Assembly: GCA_002350625.1 (NCBI GenBank)
Contig: DEFE01000028.1
Coordinates: forward strand, 18,561-82,560
Reading direction: 5' to 3'
Origin: Lachnospiraceae bacterium UBA2860
Lineage (GTDB): Bacteria > Bacillota > Clostridia > Lachnospirales > Lachnospiraceae
DNA: 64,000 bases
Shown here: positions 44,858-53,591 of the stretch, in pieces
Numbering within the stretch: the stretch's first letter is position 1
Layout: each line of letters opens with the position of its first letter
Notes under the pieces: generated by a model
What the model saw: only the letters and a program-made list of their open reading frames with translations
What the model was told of the DNA's origin: nothing
The model's database searches: none
Translations under genes and position numbers: made by a program

Positions 44858-45856
44858 ATGAAAAAGAAGATACTGGGAATTTCATTCGGAAGAAAGATGA
44901 GCAACTGTGACATCATGGTTAAGCACGCGCTGATGGAGTGCGAAAAAGCCGGCTGCGAGACAGCTTTCATCCGGGCAGATGATCTGAACATCACAAACTG
45001 CAACGGCTGCATCTCCTGCGTGATCGGCATGATGACCGGCCGCGGCCGCGGCTACTGCGTGCGCCACGATGATTTTGATATCCTCGATGAGTGCGTGATG
45101 CAGTCTGACGGCCTCATCCTGGCCTGCCCCACTTATGAGACTTCCGTCACCGGAAGGTTCAAAACCATCTGCGACCGCATCGGGCCCAGCCACGACATCA
45201 CATTCCGCCAGGCTGCCTACGATGAAGGCAAAGCGGCAGGCAAGCCGGAAGAGCAGCTCCCGGATGCGCGCACCTTCAAAAAACGCTCCGCGGCACTGAT
45301 TTCCGTGGGCGGCGCCATGACGGAGAACTGGATTGCGCTGACGCTGCCGATGATGTATGAATTCACTTTCCCCTGGGGCATCGACGTGATTGACGCGGTG
45401 GAATACTACGGCGCGATGGCCCACGAGTCCGTCCTCGGTTATCCGGAGATGATGGACCGCATGACGAAGGTCGGTCAAAATCTTCTCGCTTCGATCAATG
45501 CGGAGACAGAGGAAGAGCGTCTGAAATGGAGAGGCGACGAAGAAGGCGTATGTCCGGTCTGCCATACGCGCCTGCTCCAGGTCTCCCATGACGGAAAGTC
45601 GGTGGACTGCGTCGTCTGCGGCAGCCATGGGACAGCGAGCATCGAGGATGGAAAGATCAAGGTCCATTTCACGCAGGAAGAGCAGGATCGCTCCCGCCTC
45701 CGCTGGAACGGCAAGCTTGAGCATTCCACGGAGATCAAGACTCAGGCACAGCCCTCCGGAACCATTAAGAATCTGAAGGAGCTGAAAGCACCCTACGCGG
45801 CGTTTAACCCGGGCACCTTTGCGCCGGACAAAAGCGCCTGCGGCAATATAAAGTAA
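44858..45856 (+). CDS. Flavodoxin-fold NAD(P)H-dependent FMN reductase-like protein with a Cys-rich (zinc-ribbon-like) C-terminal extension
   Basis: MKKKILGISFGRKMSNCD N-terminus is typical of the FMN-reductase/iron-sulfur flavoprotein family. CNGCISC motif and CPVCH...CVVCG pair. Confidence 0.7.
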   Translation: MKKKILGISFGRKMSNCDIMVKHALMECEKAGCETAFIRADDLNITNCNGCISCVIGMMTGRGRGYCVRHDDFDILDECVMQSDGLILACPTYETSVTGRFKTICDRIGPSHDITFRQAAYDEGKAAGKPEEQLPDARTFKKRSAALISVGGAMTENWIALTLPMMYEFTFPWGIDVIDAVEYYGAMAHESVLGYPEMMDRMTKVGQNLLASINAETEEERLKWRGDEEGVCPVCHTRLLQVSHDGKSVDCVVCGSHGTASIEDGKIKVHFTQEEQDRSRLRWNGKLEHSTEIKTQAQPSGTIKNLKELKAPYAAFNPGTFAPDKSACGNIK

Positions 45857-45872
45857 AAGAGTCCAGTAAGAA

Positions 45873-45903
45873 GCGGCCGGTAATCACCGGCCGCTTTGTT
45901 TTT
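45873..45903 (+). terminator. Rho-independent terminator
   Basis: GCGGCCGGT-AATC-ACCGGCCGC followed by TTTGTTTTT. Confidence 0.8.
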
Positions 45904-45934
45904 CAAATAGCGGCGTCCGGAAACGGCAGTCGTT

Positions 45935-47977
45935 TCACCCTTTGATCCTGACGACGATCACCATGGGATTAAAGCCCTTCTCTCGGATCAGCGCAAGATC
46001 CGCCTCCATGACGATCTGTCCCTCTTCTACGCGCTGTCCTTCCTCCACCTTGACAGCGAATCCCTCGCCGTTCAGCCGGACCGTATCTATCCCGACATGA
46101 ACCAGAATCTCTGTGTCACCATTTGCGAAAGAAATGGCATGGCGCGCCTTCGCCACCGTCTTGACGGTGCCGCTGATCGGGGCATAGATCGTGCCGTCTG
46201 TCGGCAGGATGCCGAGGCAGGTGCCTAAGAGGCCGCTCGCAAAGGCTTCGTCCGGGATCTCCTCCATCGGGATGAGTTCGCCGTCGGCCGGCGCTTTGAT
46301 GTGCGCGCGCTCCGGCGCTGCTTGCCCTGCAGCGGGTCCCGTCTCCGCAGGCATGCCGGCGGGTCCCGGCGCTGCGGCGCTTGCGTTAAGTCCCGCCTCC
46401 ACGTCAGCGACCGTTTTCCGGATCTGCGCCAGTTTGCCGACAGATACGGACAGCTCGTCCACGCCGAGGCGGAGCAGCCGCTCTATGGCGGCCGGGTTTC
46501 CGCCGAGCTCGCCGCAGATCGTCACAGGGATCCCCTGACCGTGCGCGGCCTCCACCGTGAGAGCGATCATGCGGAATACCGCTTCGTTAAGCGGATTGCA
46601 GTACTCGTCGAGGTTCTGCGTCTCTCTGTCAATGGCCAGGGTGTACTGCATGAGGTCATTGGTCCCGATACTGAAAAAGCTGACCTTCTCAGCGAGCTCC
46701 GGCGCGATCATCACAGAGGCGGGCGTCTCAATCATGATCCCGAGCTCCGGGATGCGGTAAGGCAGAGCTCTTTGCGCAAGCTCCTCAGCAGCCTTATTGA
46801 TTTCCTCCAAGGTCTCGTCGATTTCCCACACTTCCGTAACCATGGGAACCATGATTTTCAGATTTCCTGCAGCCGCGGCGCGCAGGAGCGCCCGCAGCTG
46901 TGTCCGGAACACTTCGCGATATGCGAGGGATGCCCTGAGTCCCCGCATCCCGAGCGCCGGATTCGGCTCCCCGGGGATCGGCAGCCATTCCGCCTGCTTG
47001 TCCGAGCCGAGGTCCATCGTCCGGATCACTACGTCCCCGCCGGCCGCGGCGGAGACAATGCGCTCATAGGCGGCAAGCTGCTCCTCCTCGGAAGGCGCGC
47101 TCTTGCGGTTCAGGAACAGAAACTCCGACCGCACAAGCCCGATGCCGCCTCCCTTTGCCGCCGGCAGCCTGTCAAGCTCCATCGGCCCGGAGATGCTGGC
47201 TGTGACGCGCGTCTTCGTGGCGCTTAAGGCCGCCGCTGCATCTGCCGTCTGCCTCTCTTCAAGAGCCGCCTCCATCCGCTCCTCAGCCGCCTCCCATGCA
47301 TCCTCCGGAGGATTGATGACGACACAGCCTTTTTTGCCGTCGAGGATCAGCCTGTCTCCGTCCCGGATCTCTTCCGCCGGCGTCTTTAATCCATACAGGT
47401 AAGGGACGCCCAGATTTCCCGCGAGAACGGACACGTGCGACGTGGGAGATCCTTTCTCCGTGACGATGCCCAGGATGAGGCCCGGTTCCGTCAGGGATAC
47501 GTCGCTCGGGCTCAGTTCGTCGCTGACAAGGATGCACGGCGCTTCCGGAAGCTTTCTCTCACTTCCCGTGAGAATGCCGATGAGATGGGCGGTCAGGCCC
47601 TTCACGTCCGCGCATCGCTCCATGATGTAGGCATTGCCGCTCGCGGACAGTCCCTCACAGACCGATGCCTCCGCCTTTTTCAGGGCGTCGACCGCGCTCA
47701 GCTGCTCCTCTTCAATCAGCGCTGCAGCCCGCCCGGCGTACTCCTCCGCATGCAGCAGCATGCGTTCCGCCTCCACGAGCTCCGCCTCCTGCCTGCTCTT
47801 CAGATGGCTCTGCGCCCCGAGACGCCTGTCGAGTTCCGCGACAGCTGCGGCGAGCCGCTCTGCTTCCACCGGGGGGATTCCCTGCTGATAGATGGCGGCC
47901 TCTGCCCTCCGGCAGACAAACGCGGGGCCTGCGGAGAATCCGCTTTGCGCGACCTTCGCCTTCATTTTCCTCATCAC
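45935..47977 (-). CDS. ptsI: PTS enzyme I fused through an Ala/Pro linker to an EIIA(Glc) domain
   Basis: EI phospho-His region GSPTSHVSVLAGNLGVP, PEP-utiliser blocks FFSIGTNDLMQYTLAIDR and ICGELGG. Linker AAAPGPAGMPAETGPAAGQAAP. EIIA-Glc region PISGTV...ILVHVGIDTVRLNGEGF. Confidence 0.9.
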   Translation of the reverse strand: MMRKMKAKVAQSGFSAGPAFVCRRAEAAIYQQGIPPVEAERLAAAVAELDRRLGAQSHLKSRQEAELVEAERMLLHAEEYAGRAAALIEEEQLSAVDALKKAEASVCEGLSASGNAYIMERCADVKGLTAHLIGILTGSERKLPEAPCILVSDELSPSDVSLTEPGLILGIVTEKGSPTSHVSVLAGNLGVPYLYGLKTPAEEIRDGDRLILDGKKGCVVINPPEDAWEAAEERMEAALEERQTADAAAALSATKTRVTASISGPMELDRLPAAKGGGIGLVRSEFLFLNRKSAPSEEEQLAAYERIVSAAAGGDVVIRTMDLGSDKQAEWLPIPGEPNPALGMRGLRASLAYREVFRTQLRALLRAAAAGNLKIMVPMVTEVWEIDETLEEINKAAEELAQRALPYRIPELGIMIETPASVMIAPELAEKVSFFSIGTNDLMQYTLAIDRETQNLDEYCNPLNEAVFRMIALTVEAAHGQGIPVTICGELGGNPAAIERLLRLGVDELSVSVGKLAQIRKTVADVEAGLNASAAAPGPAGMPAETGPAAGQAAPERAHIKAPADGELIPMEEIPDEAFASGLLGTCLGILPTDGTIYAPISGTVKTVAKARHAISFANGDTEILVHVGIDTVRLNGEGFAVKVEEGQRVEEGQIVMEADLALIREKGFNPMVIVVRIKG

Positions 47978-49872
47978 AGGTTCTCCTCCATGTAAGCCTT
48001 CAGCGCGGACAGCGCCGATGCAGCATCATTCCCGGCAGCCCGGACATGCACGGCCGTCCCCTTCGAAGTGCCGAGAGCCATGAGCTCCGTCATCTGCCGG
48101 GCGGAGCAGGTCCTGCCGTCCGCGGAAACAGTGATCTCACAATCATACGCGGCCGCCATTTTCGCAATGGCGCCGGCCGGTCTTGCGTGGATGCCTTCCG
48201 TGCGGGTCATCACAAAATCAAAACCGCCGTCCGTCACGGGGTCTGTGAAAATGTCGTCGAGATGCGAGATCATCCTGTGGGCGCGCGTTCCCGCAGCTTC
48301 TTTCGGATCAGCGGAAGCGGATGCTCCCTGCTCATCACGCGTTTCTTCCGCGCCGGCGGACATAGACGCGCATTGTTTTTGAAGCTCCTCCGCCACAAAC
48401 TGTACCGAGGTCCCGACGACCACCTGTACCGCGTTTTTCCCGACCCGGATCACGCCCGGCGCACCCGCCGAACGAATCGCGGCTTCGTCGATCTTCGAGG
48501 CGTCCTTCAGCTCCAGGCGGAGCCTTGTGACGCAGTGATCGATGGAGACGACATTTTCCGCGCCGCCGAGGCCCTTAAGAATCATCCCCGCTTGCCGGGC
48601 GCAGTCGCTCACGGCACGCTTCGCTTTCGCGCCGGGCGGCGCAGCGGCCTCATCCTCCCGCCCCGGCGTCTTCAGATCCCATTTCAGAATGAAGAAACGG
48701 AAAACGGCATAGAAGAGCACAAAAGCCAGAAGGCCCAGGGGAAGAATCATATAGGTGCGCGCGGCGGCCGGCAGGGACGACGAGAAGATGAGGTCGGTGA
48801 CGCCGCCCGAAAAGCTGAAACCGGCCCGGAATCCGGAAGCGAGCGCCACGAACGTGACGACGCCGTACAGGAGCGCATAGAACAGGTAAAGCACCGGCGA
48901 AAGGAACATGAAGGCGAATTCAAATGGCTCCGTCACGCCGCACACAAAGGCGCAGACGGCGCTTGACAGCATGATGCCCATGACGGCCTTTTTCTTCTCC
49001 GGCTTCGCGCTCCGGACAATGGCCAGCGCCGCGCCAGGTACGCCGAACATCATGGCCGGGAAAAAGCCCGACATATACATACCGAGCGACCACGTGACAT
49101 CCGCGCTCGTGTCGCCGGCCCAGAAATGCGTCAGGTCTCCCAGGCCGATCGTGTCGAACCAGAAGACATTGTTGAGCGCATGGTGAAGGCCGGTGGGAAT
49201 CAGCAGACGATTCAGAAAAGCGTAGAGCGCGGCGCCGAAATTGCCGAGGCCGGCGATCGACGCTCCCAGGGCGATGAGGCCCTTAAAGAGCAGCGGCCAG
49301 ATGATGAGGAGCGCCGCTGCCGCCAGGATGGACAGAACGCCCGCCGCCATGGCCACAAAGCGCTTGCCGCTGAAAAAGGACAGCCAGTCCGGAAGGCGTT
49401 TGTCCTTAAAACGGTTGTAGCAGGAGGAGCCGATCATCCCGGACAGAATGCCGATAAACGGGTTTTCGATTTTGGAAAATGCCAGGAGACTGTCGGCGTC
49501 TTCCATAAGCCCCGGAAAAAGCGCCGTGACGGTGCCTGTGCTTAGCAGCGCCGTGATGACAAGCCAGGACACAAAGGCGGCGATGGCGCCCGTGCCGTCG
49601 TGCCCGTCAGACAGGCCGACGCCGACGCCGATCGCAAAGAGCAGCGCGATATGATTTAAGGGAGCGCCGCCGGCTGTGATGAGAAAATAACCGATCTGAT
49701 CCTTGACGCCGCTGATGGTTCCGCCCTGCATGGCGGAGGGACACAGGAAATACCCCAGTCCCATCAGGAGCCCGCAGATCGGCAGGCAGGAGACCGGCAG
49801 CATCAGTGCCTTTCCGAGTTTTTGCAGGTAATTCAAAGCTTCGTCCTTTCCGCACTGCTTCAGCCGCTGCAC
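47974..49872 (-). CDS. PTS EIIC-EIIB (glucose/NAG family) fused to a C-terminal HPr domain
   Basis: EIIC N-terminus NYLQKLGKALMLPV and GLHH block. EIIB SIDHCVTRLRL. HPr TEGIHARPA with Ser-46-like CSAR. The real start is more likely TTG at 49836 (GGAAAGGA RBS) than the GTG at 49872. Confidence 0.9.
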   Translation of the reverse strand: MQRLKQCGKDEALNYLQKLGKALMLPVSCLPICGLLMGLGYFLCPSAMQGGTISGVKDQIGYFLITAGGAPLNHIALLFAIGVGVGLSDGHDGTGAIAAFVSWLVITALLSTGTVTALFPGLMEDADSLLAFSKIENPFIGILSGMIGSSCYNRFKDKRLPDWLSFFSGKRFVAMAAGVLSILAAAALLIIWPLLFKGLIALGASIAGLGNFGAALYAFLNRLLIPTGLHHALNNVFWFDTIGLGDLTHFWAGDTSADVTWSLGMYMSGFFPAMMFGVPGAALAIVRSAKPEKKKAVMGIMLSSAVCAFVCGVTEPFEFAFMFLSPVLYLFYALLYGVVTFVALASGFRAGFSFSGGVTDLIFSSSLPAAARTYMILPLGLLAFVLFYAVFRFFILKWDLKTPGREDEAAAPPGAKAKRAVSDCARQAGMILKGLGGAENVVSIDHCVTRLRLELKDASKIDEAAIRSAGAPGVIRVGKNAVQVVVGTSVQFVAEELQKQCASMSAGAEETRDEQGASASADPKEAAGTRAHRMISHLDDIFTDPVTDGGFDFVMTRTEGIHARPAGAIAKMAAAYDCEITVSADGRTCSARQMTELMALGTSKGTAVHVRAAGNDAASALSALKAYMEENL

Positions 49873-49953
49873 TCCTTCAGCCGCAGCACTGCTTTAGCCG
49901 CTGCACTCCTTCAGCCCCAGCACTCCTTTAGCCGCAGCATTCCTTTAGAAACA
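49852..49953. repeat. Tandem repeat, 5-6 units of 17 bp, in the leader/first codons of the PTS EIICB-HPr gene
   Basis: Units are GCACTGCTTCAGCCGCT, GCACTCCTTCAGCCGCA, GCACTGCTTTAGCCGCT, GCACTCCTTCAGCCCCA, GCACTCCTTTAGCCGCA and GCATTCCTTTAGAAACA (degenerate). Confidence 0.9.
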
Positions 49954-49975
49954 ACTCTGCTCCGGAAACAGCCCC

Positions 49976-50764
49976 TTAAATGCTGCCGGGCAGATACGCA
50001 TCCTTCGAGGCGCCCTGCGACGCCGCAATGACGGAGGAAGCCCCCGTATAGGAAAGCTTCTCTCCGCTCAGTGTCGTCACGGTACCGCCCGCTTCCTCCA
50101 CGATCAGCGCCCCGGCGGCATAATCCCAGAGCTGCAGGACGGGTTCAAAAAAGATCCCGGCGACGCCGGAGGCCACCTGGCACAAATCCCAGGCGGCGCT
50201 GCCGCTCCTCCGTATATCCACGCAGTGCGGCATATAGGCGTAGGCGATATCAAAGGCGCGCCGGATGTCTTCCTTCTTATAGTACGGACTCGTTCCGAAG
50301 ATGACCAGGCTCCTCGACAGCGGCTGCCCGCTCGAGGTCATTCTCTCTTCGTTGATCCAGGCGCCTTCACCGGCGACGGCTGCATACATGATATCGTCAT
50401 AAGGGTTGTAGATCACGCCGAGGACCGGCTTTCCGTCAAGCATGAGGGCGATCGAAGTCACGGACCGCCGGTATCCGAAGATGAAGTTGGACGTTCCGTC
50501 GATCGGATCGATGACAAAGAGATAGCCCTTGCCGTATTCTTTGAGGAAGGTATCCTCGTGGTTTTCTTCGCCCATGAAGCGGGCCTCAGGCAGCACCTCA
50601 TGCAGCGTCTCCTCAAGAAAAGCCTGCACCTTCTTGTCATAGGCCGTCACAAGATTGCTGTTATTGCCCTTCTGAACCGTCGCTTCCCTGATATTCGAAG
50701 CGCTTAAGATCATGCGCCCTGCGCCGCGCGCCGCCTGTTTGATCTGTTCCAGTAATTCTTTCAT
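49976..50764 (-). CDS. Inositol monophosphatase-family phosphatase (SuhB-like)
   Basis: EENHED metal site, VIDPIDGTSNF and WDYAAG motifs. Confidence 0.9.
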   Translation of the reverse strand: MKELLEQIKQAARGAGRMILSASNIREATVQKGNNSNLVTAYDKKVQAFLEETLHEVLPEARFMGEENHEDTFLKEYGKGYLFVIDPIDGTSNFIFGYRRSVTSIALMLDGKPVLGVIYNPYDDIMYAAVAGEGAWINEERMTSSGQPLSRSLVIFGTSPYYKKEDIRRAFDIAYAYMPHCVDIRRSGSAAWDLCQVASGVAGIFFEPVLQLWDYAAGALIVEEAGGTVTTLSGEKLSYTGASSVIAASQGASKDAYLPGSI

Positions 50765-50787
50765 TTTTCCGCCTCCGCCGGCTTCAT

Positions 50788-52188
50788 TTACTGATGATCC
50801 TCTCCCGTGATATAGCGCATGAAGGCCGGATTGGTATAGATCGTCTGACGGCTGACTTCAAGATCCGGGGCCGCCTCCTTCACCTTCGCTTCGATCGCGT
50901 CGCAGTTCTCCGGGAGCGAGAAGGAATGCAGCGCATAGTTCCCGTCGGCATTATAGATGACGTTGTCGACAAGCTCGCCGTATTCGTCCTCTTCCATCTC
51001 CGTGAGGGAGAAGTACAGCGGCTGCCAGAAGGACTCCGCAAGAAGCCTGGCCGTGACATTTCCGTCTGCATCGACGCGATCGTCGTACTTCTTGGCATAG
51101 GTCTCAATCAGCTCGTGGAAGTCGTTCTTCTCCTCAAGCGTATCGAACTCAATCGCCAGATCATACTCAAGCGCGTAGCACAGATAGCGGTCCTCCGTCT
51201 CCTGCTTCACCATATAGGTCGGCGTCGGGTCCGAGGGCTCGCCCCATTCGGTCATGTACTCGTAGACGGAAACCTTCGGCTCGACCTGCACATAGCCGTC
51301 GAAGCCCTCGCTCTTCAAAAGGCCGACCAGCTGGATCGCATGGCGGACGTCACTGTGGCCGTACCGCAGCGTGTAATCCGCAAGAAAATGCGCGTCGTCA
51401 TTCGTATACTTCAGATTGTAACCGGTCGTCGCCCCGCTGAGGACGATTTCCTTTCCGAGGTCTGCGAGCGACTCTTCTTCGAATATGCTGAATCCGTTCA
51501 TCGTCGTTGCAAGGGTTGTCAGGATGTCGTCATCACTGATCCTGCCGATGTAATGCCGGGCCTTTCCGCCCGTCTCCGCGCAGTGATAGAGGAAATCCTC
51601 GATTTCCGACGTCTCGTCTGTGGGAAGGAAGCCCAGATCGATCGCGCAGGCCAGATACGGCGCATACTCGTGCGTCTCGTCATCGTCTTCGTCCGGGGCA
51701 GACGCCTCCGGGGCAGACTCGTCTGAGGCAGACGTCTCCGGGGCAGACTCGTCCGCGTCAGACGCCTCCGAGGCAGACTCGTCTGAGGCAGATGCCTCCG
51801 GAGCAGACTCGTCCGCGTCAGATGTCTCCGGAGCGGACTCGTCGTCCGAGACATACGCCCCCGTCTCGACCAAACGTTTCACCGCCTTATCAGGGGCTGC
51901 GTCATTGACATAGGTCAGGGCCAGTTCCTCAAGCCCGGCGATGCGCATGCCCTCGGCCACCAGGGCTTCTTCATTGAAGTCGTCATCCATGACTGCCTCC
52001 CCGCCGAGGGCGGTGAGGGCCTCATTGACCATCTCCGGGGTCGCCTCGTCCGAAGTAAAGGGGGCAATGTTATAGTACTCACTAAGGTATTCCGCGGCTT
52101 TCTCTTCCTCGTGGTCGGCAGCTGCCGGAAGCGCGAAAGCAACTGAAAAGACAAGTGTAAGCGGCAGCAGATTGAGCCATTTTTTCAT
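50788..52188 (-). CDS. Secreted hypothetical protein with an acidic decapeptide tandem repeat
   Basis: Signal peptide MKKWLNLLPLTLVFSVAFALPAAA. Repeat DESAPE(T/A)S(D/A)(A/S) x5. No motif recognised in the 290-aa C-terminal domain. Confidence 0.7.
   Translation of the reverse strand: MKKWLNLLPLTLVFSVAFALPAAADHEEEKAAEYLSEYYNIAPFTSDEATPEMVNEALTALGGEAVMDDDFNEEALVAEGMRIAGLEELALTYVNDAAPDKAVKRLVETGAYVSDDESAPETSDADESAPEASASDESASEASDADESAPETSASDESAPEASAPDEDDDETHEYAPYLACAIDLGFLPTDETSEIEDFLYHCAETGGKARHYIGRISDDDILTTLATTMNGFSIFEEESLADLGKEIVLSGATTGYNLKYTNDDAHFLADYTLRYGHSDVRHAIQLVGLLKSEGFDGYVQVEPKVSVYEYMTEWGEPSDPTPTYMVKQETEDRYLCYALEYDLAIEFDTLEEKNDFHELIETYAKKYDDRVDADGNVTARLLAESFWQPLYFSLTEMEEDEYGELVDNVIYNADGNYALHSFSLPENCDAIEAKVKEAAPDLEVSRQTIYTNPAFMRYITGEDHQ
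51691..51840. repeat. Coding tandem repeat, 5 x 30 bp
   Basis: GTCYGVGKCAGAYGYCTCCGRRGCRGACTC-type units read directly. On the minus strand they encode DESAPExSxx decapeptides. Confidence 0.9.
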
Positions 52189-52235
52189 ATGTTTTCCCTC
52201 CGTATCATATCAAGTTTCCTGCTCCGTCTATTCTA

Positions 52236-52262
52236 ACACAAAAGAGGCGCCATCGGCGCCTC
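52236..52262 (-). terminator. Rho-independent terminator downstream of the threonine dehydratase gene
   Basis: The minus strand reads GAGGCGCC-GAT-GGCGCCTC followed by TTTTGTGTT. Confidence 0.7.
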
Positions 52263-52301
52263 CACTCAAGCAATCTGAAGCATAAAACTGCATAAGCTCT
52301 T

Positions 52302-53531
52302 TTACAGGTTAATGTCTTCCGCGTGGGGCACGAAGCCTTCCTTCGCAAGAGCCTTCATGATCTCTTCCTTGTGTTCTGTGCCGAAGGCCTCCATCGTGAT
52401 GGTCAGCTTCACCGCCGCGTTGCGGTTTGTGTTCACGAACTGGTTGTGCTCCAGCTTGATGACGTTGCCCTGCGCTTCCGCGATCACGGAAGCCACTCTG
52501 ACGAGCGCGCCCGGCTTGTCCGGCAGCAGCACGGAGACCGTAAAGATCCGGTCTCTTAAGATGAGCCCGTGCTGAACGACGGAAGACATCGTGATCACGT
52601 CCATGTTCCCGCCGCTGAGGACGGCGGCGACTTTCTTTCCCTTAACATCCAGGTGCTTCACGGCTGCCGCCGTGAGGAGGCCGGAATTCTCCACGATCAT
52701 CTTGTGATTTTCCACCATGTCGAGGAAGGCCACGATCAGCTCCCTGTCCCCGACGGTGATGATGCCGTCCAGGTTTTCCTTAAGATACGGGAAGATGGAG
52801 GCGCCCGGCGTCTTGACAGCCGTGCCGTCGGCGATCGTATCCACCTTCGGCAGCGTCACGACCTCGCCCTTCTCAAAGGACGCTTTGAGGCAGGCCGCGC
52901 CGGCGGGCTCGACGCCGATCACGCGGATCTTGGGGTTGAGGAGCTTTGCCAGCGTGGACACGCCGGCCGCCAGACCGCCGCCGCCCACGGGCACCAGGAT
53001 GATCTCCACGAGCGGAAGCTCCTGGATAATCTCCATGGCAATCGTGCCCTGTCCGGTGGCAACGGCCGGATCGTCGAAGGGATGAATGAAGGTGAGGCCT
53101 TCCTCCTCCGCCAGCTTCTGCGCATAGGCGGCGGATTCGTCGTAGACGTCTCCGTACAGCACCACCTCCGCGCCGTAGCTCTTGGTCCTGTTCACTTTAA
53201 TGAGCGGCGTCGTCGTGGGCATCACGATGACGGCCCTTGCGCCAAAAGCCCTGGCTGCGTAGGCCACGCCCTGCGCGTGATTGCCGGCGGAGGCCGTGAC
53301 GAGGCCGCGCGCCCGCTCCTCGTCGGAGAGGCAGCTGATCTTGTAATAGGCGCCCCTGATCTTATAGGCGCCGGTCTTCTGCATATTCTCCGGCTTAAAG
53401 TACACTTTGTTCCCGGACTGCGCGCTGAAGGTCTCGCTGTAGACGAGCTTTGTCTCAGCCGTCACCTTTCTGACCTTCTCATAGGCCTCTTCAAAAGCTT
53501 CCAGTGTCAGCATTTTGCCTTGATCTTCCAT
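52302..53531 (-). CDS. ilvA: Threonine ammonia-lyase (threonine dehydratase) with C-terminal ACT-like domain
   Basis: PLP-lysine region ENMQKTGAYKIRGA, ASAGNHAQG and GGGGL blocks. 409 aa, with a regulatory domain of ~80 aa. Confidence 0.9.
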   Translation of the reverse strand: MEDQGKMLTLEAFEEAYEKVRKVTAETKLVYSETFSAQSGNKVYFKPENMQKTGAYKIRGAYYKISCLSDEERARGLVTASAGNHAQGVAYAARAFGARAVIVMPTTTPLIKVNRTKSYGAEVVLYGDVYDESAAYAQKLAEEEGLTFIHPFDDPAVATGQGTIAMEIIQELPLVEIILVPVGGGGLAAGVSTLAKLLNPKIRVIGVEPAGAACLKASFEKGEVVTLPKVDTIADGTAVKTPGASIFPYLKENLDGIITVGDRELIVAFLDMVENHKMIVENSGLLTAAAVKHLDVKGKKVAAVLSGGNMDVITMSSVVQHGLILRDRIFTVSVLLPDKPGALVRVASVIAEAQGNVIKLEHNQFVNTNRNAAVKLTITMEAFGTEHKEEIMKALAKEGFVPHAEDINL

Positions 53532-53591
53532 GTTTTTTCCCTTCTCATATCAACAGCCGGAGAAACAATGCTGTCCCCGGCTGACGTCCTC

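Noticed and set aside
47665-48966. 433-aa ORF on the plus strand
   Set aside because: It is antisense to the EI-EIIA/EIICB-HPr junction. Pro/Arg/Ala/Gly-rich with no motif. This is a shadow ORF.
49836-49872. GTG at 49872 as the start of the EIICB-HPr gene
   Set aside because: The GTG lies inside the 17-bp repeat array with GGAG directly abutting it. The TTG at 49836 has a properly spaced GGAAAGGA and yields a canonical EIIC N-terminus. I kept the ORF-track coordinates in the feature table but flagged the alternative.
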